Below are positions 27,072 through 36,722 of a DNA stretch of 64,000 nucleotides, one piece after another. The stretch is from a bacterium (GTDB lineage Bacteria; RUG730): the NCBI GenBank assembly GCA_031551405.1, contig JAVBNQ010000005.1, positions 99,992 through 163,991 of the forward strand, written 5' to 3'. Every line of letters begins with the position of its first letter. The stretch's first letter is position 1. The notes below the pieces were generated by a model. It did not search any database and was not told where the DNA came from. It worked only from the letters and a program-made list of their open reading frames with translations. The translations under genes were made by a program, and so were the position numbers.

Positions 27072-28549
27072 ATTTTTTCACTCGCAAAAATCGAGCTAAT
27101 AATCGAAAAATGCGTTTTATTCGTTAAAAACAACACCACATCTCCAGCTTCCAAAACCGTATTTCCTTTTACTATTATATATTTATCATTTCTGCATACC
27201 AAAATAGCCAAACTATTTTTTGGAAAATTTATCTCGCTAATTGCTTTTCCTTGCATTTTGCTGTCGTATGGAACTATAAATTCAAATAAATCCGCATCGA
27301 CTTGCTCACTCTCGCTAAATTTCAGAGAAACCGTTTTTTTACGTTTTAACGGAGCTTCGACTTTCAACAGTTTAGCAACAAATGGAATACTCGTGCCTTG
27401 AACTAAAAGCGAGATAATTACGACAAAAAATACTACGTTAAAAATAATATCTGCATTTTCAACACCGGCTAGCTTCGGAAATGTTGCCAAAACGATCGGC
27501 GCAGCTCCCCTCAATCCCACCCACGAAATCATTATTTTTTCACGAATCTTTATCTTGGAAAAGACGAGGCATAAAAAAACACTTATCGGTCTTGCCAAAA
27601 CAACCAAAATCAAAGTAATAATTAGTCCGGGAAAGAAAACTTTGGTTAGTTGAGACGGAAAAACCAGTAAACCCAAAGCCAAAAACATAACGATTTGCAT
27701 GAGCCACGCCAAAGAATCATGAAAACTGCTCAAATGTTCCTTGTAAAAAAAATTTTTACTCGATAAATAAATTCCCAAAACATAAACCGCAAGAAATCCA
27801 TTTCCAGTCATAAGCGTCGTAGCACTATAAGTAAAAAGAACTGCAGCAAAAGTAAAAACAGAATATAACCCTTCATATTCAAGTCTAAGATTTTTTATAA
27901 AATGGAATAAAATTTTCCCGACCAAAAAACCTGAAACTATTCCTATTGAAATATTTTTCAGAAATAAAAGTATAAAATCCAAAATCGAAAAACTTGAAAC
28001 TTTGGTTAGCTCGATAAAAAATATTGTCAAGAAAAAAGCCATTGGATCATTGCTTCCCGACTCAAATTCTAATAATGGCCGCAATACTCCCTTTAAACTG
28101 ATTTTTTTTGATCGCAATATTGAAAAAACAGCGGCAGCGTCTGTCGACGAAACTATCGCTCCAAGAAGTAATCCGGTTTTTAGCGGAATTTTTAAAATTA
28201 GCGACGCGCTATAACCCAATATTAAAGCTGTAAATAAAACTCCGAATGTTGATAATAAAAAACTTTCTTTGAACACTTTTTTTATAGATTTATACTCGGT
28301 GTCCAATCCGCCGGCAAATAATATAAAACTAAGCGCTACAACTCCTAAAGATTTTGAAACCTCAGCATTGTCAAAATAAATCTTGCCTATCCCTTCCGAG
28401 CCTGCGAGCATCCCAATCCCAATATAGACCAGCAAAAAAGGAATGCTAAATTTATTAGACATTTTACTGCCAAAAATACTGGTGATTAAAAGCAGAGCTA
28501 CTCCCAACAAAAAAATTTCTGTATTTTGCATAGTTTGACCCGTTAACAT
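27068..28549 (-). CDS. K+/H+ (cation:proton) antiporter, CPA1 NhaP2/CvrA type with C-terminal TrkA-C domain
   Basis: 493 aa with about 12 TMs of Na_H_Exchanger type (..EFESGSNDPMAFF..) and a C-terminal soluble RCK_C-like domain. Confidence 0.8.
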   Translation of the reverse strand: MLTGQTMQNTEIFLLGVALLLITSIFGSKMSNKFSIPFLLVYIGIGMLAGSEGIGKIYFDNAEVSKSLGVVALSFILFAGGLDTEYKSIKKVFKESFLLSTFGVLFTALILGYSASLILKIPLKTGLLLGAIVSSTDAAAVFSILRSKKISLKGVLRPLLEFESGSNDPMAFFLTIFFIELTKVSSFSILDFILLFLKNISIGIVSGFLVGKILFHFIKNLRLEYEGLYSVFTFAAVLFTYSATTLMTGNGFLAVYVLGIYLSSKNFFYKEHLSSFHDSLAWLMQIVMFLALGLLVFPSQLTKVFFPGLIITLILVVLARPISVFLCLVFSKIKIREKIMISWVGLRGAAPIVLATFPKLAGVENADIIFNVVFFVVIISLLVQGTSIPFVAKLLKVEAPLKRKKTVSLKFSESEQVDADLFEFIVPYDSKMQGKAISEINFPKNSLAILVCRNDKYIIVKGNTVLEAGDVVLFLTNKTHFSIISSIFASEKI

Positions 28550-28751
28550 TTATTTTTATCTGGAGGATTTTAGCGTTATTCAGCATTAAAAAATTTACGA
28601 AAAAAACACTATCCCATTATTTCATGAAGGAAAATGGAAAAAATTTATAAGTTTTATTTTGTGTTTTACGATAGGAAAACGCAGCAAATCTTATGCGTTA
28701 AATCGTAGTTTTGGAGAGCTATAGCTCGTAAGTTGAGGATTCAAAAAAACT

Positions 28752-28824
28752 TACGCCATATAGGGTTCGAACCTATGACCTACTGATTAAGAGTCAGTTG
28801 CTCTACCAACTGAGCTAATGGCGC
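28752..28824 (-). tRNA. tRNA-Lys (anticodon CUU)
   Basis: 73-nt cloverleaf on the minus strand: GCGCCAT acceptor (G1.U72), D-arm AGCTCAGTTGGTAGAGC, anticodon loop CUCUUAA, T-arm ATAGGTTCGAACCCTAT. Confidence 0.85.
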
Positions 28825-28901
28825 ATACTGCGTACAGCAAACTGTACGTAACAATATTAAAACTATTGTGTGAGCTATCGATAAATATAAGTCTTATGCA
28901 A

Positions 28902-28978
<77 letters not shown>

Positions 28979-29042
28979 AATTTATTTTAAAACGAGAGAA
29001 TATTAGAAATTTAGTTTTTTAGCAACAAAAAATTTATTTATT

Positions 29043-31280
29043 TTAAAATCCAGACTTATCAGTTTCAATATCATTTATAATTTTATTACTAGAATAAAAG
29101 CTCGAATCCATGGCAAATTCAGCCGGTTCCGTGCCTTTTATAAAAACTTCCATGTACGAATTTTCATTCATCTCAAATGCTCTCAAACCTGTTTTTTTAT
29201 CGATAGGCACAAGAGTACAATTTTCAGGCATTACAAAATCTGAAATAGGTTTGTCTTTTAACGCTTCCTTCATAAAATCGAGCCATATAGACGCTGACAA
29301 CTTCCCTCCAGTCTGGTTTCGACCCAAAGTTTTCTGATCATCATACCCCACCCACACGCTAGCAACAAGCTCCGGAGTATAAGCAATAAACCACGCATCT
29401 GAATAATCATTCGTCGTACCCGTTTTCCCAGCCGCCGGACGACCCAAAGCCTTAGCTCGCATTCCTGTTCCATTATTGATTACTCCACGCAAAAGATTGG
29501 TTACAACATAACTAGTTTCTTCGCTCAATACAGCTGTCTCCTCTGGCGAATGTTCTTCCAAAATATTCCCCTGATTATCACAAATTTTTATAATTGCATA
29601 CGGCTCCGTCCTAATTCCATTATTTGCAAGAGTGGCGTAAGCGTTTGTAAGCTCAAGCGGCGTCACAACGAAAGTTCCAAGAGCCATTGACAAATACGGA
29701 CTCACACTGCTTTTTATCCCGAGTTTTTGCGTGTATTCAACACCGACTTTCGAAGTCACTTGTTCTAGAAGCTTTATTACTGCAATGTTCACAGAATTTT
29801 CAAGAGCCTGACGCATAGTTATATTACCTAAATATTTGTGAGAGTAATTCCCGGGCATCCAAATTTGCAAAGGATCGTACGGAGTTCTTTGTTTTTTTCG
29901 TTTTGCTTTGTCTTTGTATTCCGGCATATCCTCGAGTTTACGCAATTTATCTTTTATTTCTTGAGGAAGATCCGAGAGATCATGATTTTTCCCGACTAAT
30001 TGCCAATCAATTCCGTTGTTGTAGTAAACTACTGGTGAATCGTCCAGAATTGTGTTTGGCGGAATTTTTTGATCTATTGCAGCAGTGAAAATTATTGTCT
30101 TAAAACTTGATCCGGGTTGCCGTTTTGCCTGCGTAGCACGGTTAAATTGGCTTTGCTTGAAATTTCTACCGCCAACCAAAGCTCGAATTTGCCCGGTTTT
30201 TGGATCAAGAGCAATGACAGAGCCTTGAACGTTTTTGTAAGCTTCCGTACTAGCATAAATCTTCAAATCGTCATCTGGATAAGTAATTTTTTTTGTTTCT
30301 AAAAACTTTTGGATTTTCGAAAGTTTTTCTGCATCGAACTTAGCAAGATTATCTTCAAATGCGTTAACAGCTGCTATTTGCATGTCAAGGTCCAGAGTCG
30401 TGTAAATTCGCAATCCGCCTTTATACAAAACGTCTCCATAGTAAGGCTCAAGTTTCTGGCGGATATATTCAACAAAATACGAAGCATATCTCTGCCGACT
30501 AAATTTTTCCAAAACATTTGTAGGCTTCTCCAAAGCGTTTTCATAATCGCCTTTCGTTATAAATCCATCTTTAAGTAACCTTTTTATGACGGTGTTACGT
30601 CTAGCTATAGCTGCTTCTGGATTTTTGTATGGAGAGTAGTATTCCGGAGCTTTTGGTAAACCTGCCAAAAGAGCACATTCTTCCAAGTTTAAATCCGTCG
30701 GAGATTTTCCAAAATAAAGTTCAGATGCGAGTTGAATTCCATAAACTCCGTGTCCAAAATAAATATGATTAAGATAAATTTCCAAGATCTCATTTTTTGA
30801 ATAACGTTGCTCGAACTTTACAGCCAAAATCACTTCTTTAATTTTTCTCGAAATCTTTTTTTCGCTGGTTAAAAATAAAGTTTTTGAGACTTGTTGAGTA
30901 ATTGTGCTTCCGCCTTGTACAAACTTGCCGTGCGCAAAGTCTTTGATTAATGCACGTAAAATCCCCATTGGCGAAATACCCCAATGTCCATAAAAATCAG
31001 AATCTTCCGTCGCTATGATAGCATTTATTAGGTTTGGTGGGAGGTCTTTGAGATGTACAAATGCACGACGTTCGATAAAAAATTCGTCGACCAATTTACC
31101 GTTTATATCAAAAATTTTTGTAGAAAGCTTTGGCTTATACTCCTCTAATTCCTCGATAGAAGGCAAATCTTGCATGCAAGTTTGTAAAAAATTGTAGGTT
31201 AAAACACCACAAATTATTATAACGATTCCTGCTAGTGTTAAAATTAATTTAAATAAATTTTTCTTCAAAAAGTCGGTCAT
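29043..31280 (-). CDS. Class A penicillin-binding protein (bifunctional glycosyltransferase/transpeptidase, PBP1A type)
   Basis: 745 aa with GT51 motifs (EDSDFYGHWG, GGSTITQQ) and transpeptidase motifs SSFK, SVN and KTGTT. Confidence 0.9.
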   Translation of the reverse strand: MTDFLKKNLFKLILTLAGIVIIICGVLTYNFLQTCMQDLPSIEELEEYKPKLSTKIFDINGKLVDEFFIERRAFVHLKDLPPNLINAIIATEDSDFYGHWGISPMGILRALIKDFAHGKFVQGGSTITQQVSKTLFLTSEKKISRKIKEVILAVKFEQRYSKNEILEIYLNHIYFGHGVYGIQLASELYFGKSPTDLNLEECALLAGLPKAPEYYSPYKNPEAAIARRNTVIKRLLKDGFITKGDYENALEKPTNVLEKFSRQRYASYFVEYIRQKLEPYYGDVLYKGGLRIYTTLDLDMQIAAVNAFEDNLAKFDAEKLSKIQKFLETKKITYPDDDLKIYASTEAYKNVQGSVIALDPKTGQIRALVGGRNFKQSQFNRATQAKRQPGSSFKTIIFTAAIDQKIPPNTILDDSPVVYYNNGIDWQLVGKNHDLSDLPQEIKDKLRKLEDMPEYKDKAKRKKQRTPYDPLQIWMPGNYSHKYLGNITMRQALENSVNIAVIKLLEQVTSKVGVEYTQKLGIKSSVSPYLSMALGTFVVTPLELTNAYATLANNGIRTEPYAIIKICDNQGNILEEHSPEETAVLSEETSYVVTNLLRGVINNGTGMRAKALGRPAAGKTGTTNDYSDAWFIAYTPELVASVWVGYDDQKTLGRNQTGGKLSASIWLDFMKEALKDKPISDFVMPENCTLVPIDKKTGLRAFEMNENSYMEVFIKGTEPAEFAMDSSFYSSNKIINDIETDKSGF

Positions 31281-31528
31281 AAAATTCCTAATTTGATTAA
31301 AACTCTCTCATTCTCGCGAGATTTTTTGCTTATTTTTTCGTTTTTTTTATTTTCTTCTTCATTTTTTTCTAAAAATTACGATGTAATTTTTTCGTTCCTT
31401 CCTAAAGTTTTTTTTGTCTACTTTTAGGAGCCTACAGACGATAAATTTTAAAAACCTTGTTTGAATTTTCTCTTTCTCGTGAGATTTTTTAGTTCTTTTT
31501 ATGGTTTTTTTTCTTCTATTTTAAATGT

Positions 31529-31664
31529 CTGCATATCGAAGAGAAGATGGAAAAATTGAGAAAATCGTTTGAAATTTCTAACTGTTTGAGCCCTCACTTG
31601 TGAGCGGCGAGTTTTAGAAATTTAGATTTTTGAAAATTTTTTCCCTATCTCTGAAGTACAGCAG
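31529..31664. repeat. M3 module: ~136-nt imperfect palindrome (long hairpin)
   Basis: The left arm CTGCATATCGAAGAGAAGATGGAAAAATTGAGAAAATCGTTTGAAATTTCTAAC faces the right arm GTTTTAGAAATTTAGATTTTTGAAAATTTTTTCCCTATCTCTGAAGTACAGCAG. The centre holds CTCACTTGTGAG. A second copy lies at 57980-58116. Confidence 0.8.
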
Positions 31665-31698
31665 CCTAGCCTTTTTTGTTTATTTTTTGGGCAATGCC

Positions 31699-32020
31699 AA
31701 AAAAGAAAATAAAAATTTGACCAAACTTTCGTTTTTCGAAATCCGCAGGCTTTGCCGAAAAAATAAATTTTTAGCTTTATTTTTCTAAAACTTTTGTAAA
31801 TTTTTATCTCGCTGTCAAAAAAGAAAATAAAGATTTGACCAAACTTTTGTTTTTTGAAATCCGCAGGCTTTGCCGAAAAATGGATTTTTTAGCTTTATTT
31901 TTCTAAAATTTTTGTAAATTTTTATTTCGTTGCAAAAAAAATAGAAATTTGATCAAACTTTTGTTTTTCGAAATCCGCAGGCTTTGCCGGAAAATGAAAA
32001 TTTTTAACTTTATTTTTTTC
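31699..32020. repeat. M4 tandem repeat, ~118-bp unit x 2.7
   Basis: Units are 31699-31816, 31817-31933 and 31934-~32020. Each contains AAAAAAGAAAATAAAGATTTGACCAAACTTTTGTTTTTCGAAATCCGCAGGCTTTGCCG. Confidence 0.9.
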
Positions 32021-32251
32021 TCAGGATAACTTAAAGAAAAAAACAAAACCCATCGTTTTTTGCTCAAAAATTCGTTTTTTCATCTCAAGTCCACACGTTT
32101 TTGGGCTAGAAATATTGCATGCGGTATTCTTTTTTTTCGAAAAACCAACTCCAAAGCCGTAGGTTTTTTGAGTTTTTCCTAGGCTTTTCCTCGCAAAACT
32201 CGCTACGTTCCACTTCGCTCATACAGTTGCGAGCAAGGTTTTCTTATTTAA

Positions 32252-32265
32252 CCCCCCCCCCCCCC
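32252..32265. repeat. Homopolymeric C14 tract inside the M1 module
   Basis: I count 14 consecutive C. The other two M1 copies have TCCCCGCCTAATTTTTT at this position. Confidence 0.9.
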
Positions 32266-32328
32266 GCCGTTCCTTCCTAAAGTTCAATCGTTTGCAAATT
32301 TTTACTTTTCTTAAGCCTCAGCTACGCA

Positions 32329-33828
32329 CTATTCCAAGCTTCGCAAATATTTTTCAAGCAAATCAAAGGCTTCTTCTGTATTCGAAATCTCACCTACTGC
32401 CTGATTTTCCTCGACTAAATCCAATAATTTCCCAATCAATGGCGACGGATGCAACTCAAATTTTTGCATAACATCATTACCATTTATTAATAGTTTTGGT
32501 TTTTTATTTTCGAGTGATTTGAAATGCCAAGCCAATATTTTTTCGACTTGAAATTTGCAAATTTTAAAATCGCTGTACTCAAAATCCTCGAAAGTTATAC
32601 CGCCTTTGTACGTCTTGAGCCTAGCTCCACGGATCGATGCGAGCCAGTCCGCCAAAGTAAAAAACAAAAGTCCGACTGCTTCATCCTCAGTTTTCTTAAA
32701 AAATCGAAAATAGGCGCGATCAGTAATCTCTTTTTCCCTCGCCAAATTCCCAAAATACATGTGAAATTTCGCAAAATTTTTTGTTTTATCCGTTTCTTTA
32801 TTGCCGAATTTCAAATCTTTTAACATTTTATTTGTGTGCCGGCTCGAAATCTCATCGTGATTTATGAAATGAATTTTCTCGCCTTCAATCTTTAAAGTTT
32901 CAGGTTTTCCCACATCGTGAAAAAGACACGCGATTTTCAAAAGTCCAACATTATTTTCTTGCTCCAAATAATCTCGAAAAAAACTTGCAATTTTCGAATC
33001 GAACAATTTTTCTAAATTCTTGAGTATAAATTCGAAGCAAAACAAAACCTCGAGCGAGTGCCCCCACAAACCTTTTTTATGATAATAATTTTCTTGTTCT
33101 CGTTTCATTAAATTTGCTTGAGGGAAAATCTGCGAAAACAACTCAGTTTCATCCATCGCAAGTACAAACTCGAAAATATCGTCATAAGAAAAAAATTTCA
33201 CGAGTTCTTCGCGAATTCTCTCTCCGGCAGAATTTTTGATCAAACCTGTTTTTTTTTCAATCAAAACCAACGTAGATTTGTCGATATGAAATTTATATTT
33301 TGCGGCAATACGAAACGCTCGCAAAAGACGCAGCGGATCATCGTCAAAAATATTTACTGAAATCGCTCGAATCGTTTGGTTTTTCAAATCAGAAAACGCG
33401 TTCAATTTATCGATAATTTTTTGTTCAAAACCTTCAAAAATCGAATTTTGTTCATCTGTTAATTCTATCGCAAAACTGTTGATCGTAAAATCTCGAGTCT
33501 TCAAATCTTCCTCTAAAGTTTTACCTTTTGCTTGCGTAAAATCTAAACTAACTATTTTTTCTTCGACTTCAAAATTTTTCACAACTCGATAACTTTTTTG
33601 CTGATCGTCCAGAACTACAAAACTTGCTTTCAAAATAGCCGCTATTTCCTTCGCAAAAACCTGTGAATTTCCAAAAACTATAAAATCCAAATCAAAAGTT
33701 TTATTATCAAGCAAAAGATCTCGTATAAATCCGCCAACTAAAAAAACTTTAACATCTAACTTTTTTGCTAGTTTAATTGTTTTTTCAAGAAGAAAATCAA
33801 TCGTTTCTTTAAATTTAGCCTCGTTCAT
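32329..33828 (-). CDS. cca: CCA-adding tRNA nucleotidyltransferase / poly(A) polymerase family protein with HD domain
   Basis: 499 aa with the PolyA_pol head (LVGGFIRDLLL, DLDF), an RNA-binding region (DPLRLLRAFR) and an HD motif (CLFHDVGKP). Confidence 0.8.
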   Translation of the reverse strand: MNEAKFKETIDFLLEKTIKLAKKLDVKVFLVGGFIRDLLLDNKTFDLDFIVFGNSQVFAKEIAAILKASFVVLDDQQKSYRVVKNFEVEEKIVSLDFTQAKGKTLEEDLKTRDFTINSFAIELTDEQNSIFEGFEQKIIDKLNAFSDLKNQTIRAISVNIFDDDPLRLLRAFRIAAKYKFHIDKSTLVLIEKKTGLIKNSAGERIREELVKFFSYDDIFEFVLAMDETELFSQIFPQANLMKREQENYYHKKGLWGHSLEVLFCFEFILKNLEKLFDSKIASFFRDYLEQENNVGLLKIACLFHDVGKPETLKIEGEKIHFINHDEISSRHTNKMLKDLKFGNKETDKTKNFAKFHMYFGNLAREKEITDRAYFRFFKKTEDEAVGLLFFTLADWLASIRGARLKTYKGGITFEDFEYSDFKICKFQVEKILAWHFKSLENKKPKLLINGNDVMQKFELHPSPLIGKLLDLVEENQAVGEISNTEEAFDLLEKYLRSLE

Positions 33829-33847
33829 TTTTATATTTTCCGCAAAA

Positions 33848-34090
33848 TTATTTTTTTAAAACCAAAGCATAAAATCCTAGCAGCAGCAAAATCAAACCAC
33901 AAATTCGTAAAATTAAAATAAATTTTTTCTTGTCATTTTTTTGTTTATTGAACAAATATTTTTTTTCATAGATTCCGGTTTTAAAGAATTTAAGCCAAAG
34001 CTCTTTACAATAAATGTAATCATTTATTTCTTTTAAAAACAAAACTTTTTTGTTTATATGTTTTTGGGTTTGTTTCATCATATTTCTCAT
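33848..34090 (-). CDS. Possible small membrane protein (uncertain)
   Basis: 80-aa ORF with a basic N-terminal part and one C-terminal hydrophobic helix (FILILRICGLILLLLGFYALVL). It fills an otherwise empty 190-nt gap, but its 5' end overlaps the upstream gene by 71 nt. Confidence 0.3.
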   Translation of the reverse strand: MRNMMKQTQKHINKKVLFLKEINDYIYCKELWLKFFKTGIYEKKYLFNKQKNDKKKFILILRICGLILLLLGFYALVLKK

Positions 34091-35645
34091 GAATTGGAAT
34101 ATAAGCTGTAAGATAATTTTCTAAAACATTTCGTATTTTCAAGCCCGTGTCATTGATATCAAAAGCTTCTAGAGGCAAATTACGCTCGAGTTTACTAAAC
34201 AAAGTCCTCTCAATTGTGCTCACGCTATAAATTTTATTTTCATCGAAAATTTCGTTATTTTTATCCATTTTTACATTAACAATTTTTGCGTAAACCGGCA
34301 AACTTTTAACAAACGAATACGTCATTCCTGAAGTATTAATGTAATCACCCAAACCTCTGTAAAGACCTAACTCAAGAAATTTTTTTAAAGCTTTCCCTTT
34401 AATTTTGAAATTCAAAATTCTGTAGTCGTGTGGAAAAATCTCAACAAGATCCGAGTAAAAAATTTCGCCTTTATTGAATTCGCTCATAATGTCTTCATTT
34501 TTAATTATCGAGATTTCAGCATTTGAATGAATACGAATCGCATCTGTAATAAAATCCCCCAAATTTGAATCTGCTTCAAATTTCTTTTTCAATTTAAAAT
34601 TTGTTCGACCAATAACTTTTCTATATTTTTGTTTCTCATCATTTAATTTTTTAAAAATCTCATCATCTTTCACAATTTCTTCGTCTATCTTCTTCTCAAA
34701 AATTTCGGTGCTAAAACTAATTATATTTTTACTTTTTTTTCTAACGACCAAAGTAATTTTATTTAGAAATTTTCCGTCGTTCAACGAACTACAAATGATT
34801 GTTTTATGTTTTCTCGAATCTGTCAAAGTAACGTGATTTTTTGTAATGATATCAAATTTTTCAGTAGGAAAAATTATCAAATCTATTTCAGGAAGTTCTT
34901 TTGCAATTACCATATTATCAAGATGATACAAATTATTTTTAATAAAATTTCTGCCTTGAAAAAAATCATACCTCGATAAAAGAATTATAATATCCACCTT
35001 TTCTTCTTTTTTCAAAATCCTTATATATTTACGCAGAGTCTGAAAAATCAAATTAAATTCAAAAAATTGCGCCTTACTTATAGGCTGCAAATCCAGACTG
35101 TCTTTATCAGTAAAGCCGATCACACCGACTCTAATTCCTTTGATTTCACGAACGATGTATGGCAAAAAAAGATTCGTTTTGCCGACTGCTTTTAAATTTG
35201 CGCTAACAAAAGGCAAATTAGAGTTTTTCTTTAAATTTTCAAGCTCCTCAATTCCTAACGACAATTCTCCAAATCCAATATTCAACGCATCGTAATTTAA
35301 TTTTTCGACAAATCTCGCAAATTCTAAAATATTAGATTCATTTTTAAAACGTTTGTAAAAATTATTCCCGAGATCGAATAATAAATAATTTTTTTCTGGA
35401 GGAAGGAGGTAAGGCAAGGAAATCAACCCGGAAATTTGGTCGCCCTCGAGATCAAACATATTACCTTTCGCATCTGAAGTAAAAAAAATAGGAATATCTA
35501 CTGCTTTTATATCGAGATATACATAGTACCCTACAAATAATGCAAGTAAAATTATTATTCCATAAAATTTTTTATAAATTTGCAAGTAAGATTTTTGAGG
35601 ATTACATTTCATTTTGTTCTCTTTTAAGACTGTGAATTTATACAA
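34020..35645 (-). CDS. UshA/5'-nucleotidase-family protein with degenerate metallophosphatase motifs (probable pseudoenzyme or binding protein)
   Basis: 541 aa with an N-terminal TM/signal. It has a calcineurin-like fold region and a 5'-nucleotidase C-terminal domain (SNLGDFITDAIR). The canonical ligand motifs read FFTSDAKGN (for DxH), FDLGNNF (for GD) and GFGELS (for GNHE). Confidence 0.6.
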   Translation of the reverse strand: MYKFTVLKENKMKCNPQKSYLQIYKKFYGIIILLALFVGYYVYLDIKAVDIPIFFTSDAKGNMFDLEGDQISGLISLPYLLPPEKNYLLFDLGNNFYKRFKNESNILEFARFVEKLNYDALNIGFGELSLGIEELENLKKNSNLPFVSANLKAVGKTNLFLPYIVREIKGIRVGVIGFTDKDSLDLQPISKAQFFEFNLIFQTLRKYIRILKKEEKVDIIILLSRYDFFQGRNFIKNNLYHLDNMVIAKELPEIDLIIFPTEKFDIITKNHVTLTDSRKHKTIICSSLNDGKFLNKITLVVRKKSKNIISFSTEIFEKKIDEEIVKDDEIFKKLNDEKQKYRKVIGRTNFKLKKKFEADSNLGDFITDAIRIHSNAEISIIKNEDIMSEFNKGEIFYSDLVEIFPHDYRILNFKIKGKALKKFLELGLYRGLGDYINTSGMTYSFVKSLPVYAKIVNVKMDKNNEIFDENKIYSVSTIERTLFSKLERNLPLEAFDINDTGLKIRNVLENYLTAYIPIHEKYDETNPKTYKQKSFVFKRNK

Positions 35646-35710
35646 AATCTATACCATTTAGATCTAATTAAAAGCTAATTCATATTTCGCCTTATTTTAT
35701 GAAAACTCCC

Positions 35711-35744
35711 AAAATAAAAAAGGGAAGCTGCAAACTTCCCTTTT
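35711..35744 (-). terminator. Rho-independent terminator downstream of fba
   Basis: The minus strand reads AAAGGGAAG-TTTGCAG-CTTCCCTTT followed by TTTATTTT, about 25 nt after the fba stop. Confidence 0.75.
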
Positions 35745-35766
35745 ACATTCGATCTAAAAATAAGAA

Positions 35767-36711
<945 letters not shown>

Positions 36712-36722
36712 TTATTTTTATT

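Larger units (their letters stand above)
31303..32284. repeat. Mosaic intergenic repeat locus B (partial M2 tail, M2, M3, 3 x M4, X box, M1 core with C14, start of M2)
   Basis: Module-by-module matches to loci A and C (see findings). The whole cca-PBP1A spacer (31281-32328) lacks any ORF of 60 aa or more. Confidence 0.9.

Noticed and set aside
28550-28751. Possible ncRNA or terminator structures downstream of tRNA-Lys (palindrome CGAGCTATAGCTCG, hairpin AACGCA..TGCGTT)
   Set aside because: The stems are short and lack convincing U-tails or similarity to any RNA family I recognise. This is insufficient evidence for a feature call.
31547-31603. Short ORF inside M3 (MEKLRKSFEISNCLSPHL*)
   Set aside because: The second copy (from 57998) has a 1-nt insertion that changes the frame and gives MEKIDKIVCNF*. 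The ORF is not conserved as coding sequence.
31699-32020. Possible CRISPR array, given regularly spaced repeats with a conserved core
   Set aside because: The about 118-bp units are contiguous and similar along their whole length, so there are no unique spacers. The unit length is far above CRISPR repeat size, no cas genes are present, and the same units recur at 58151-58328.
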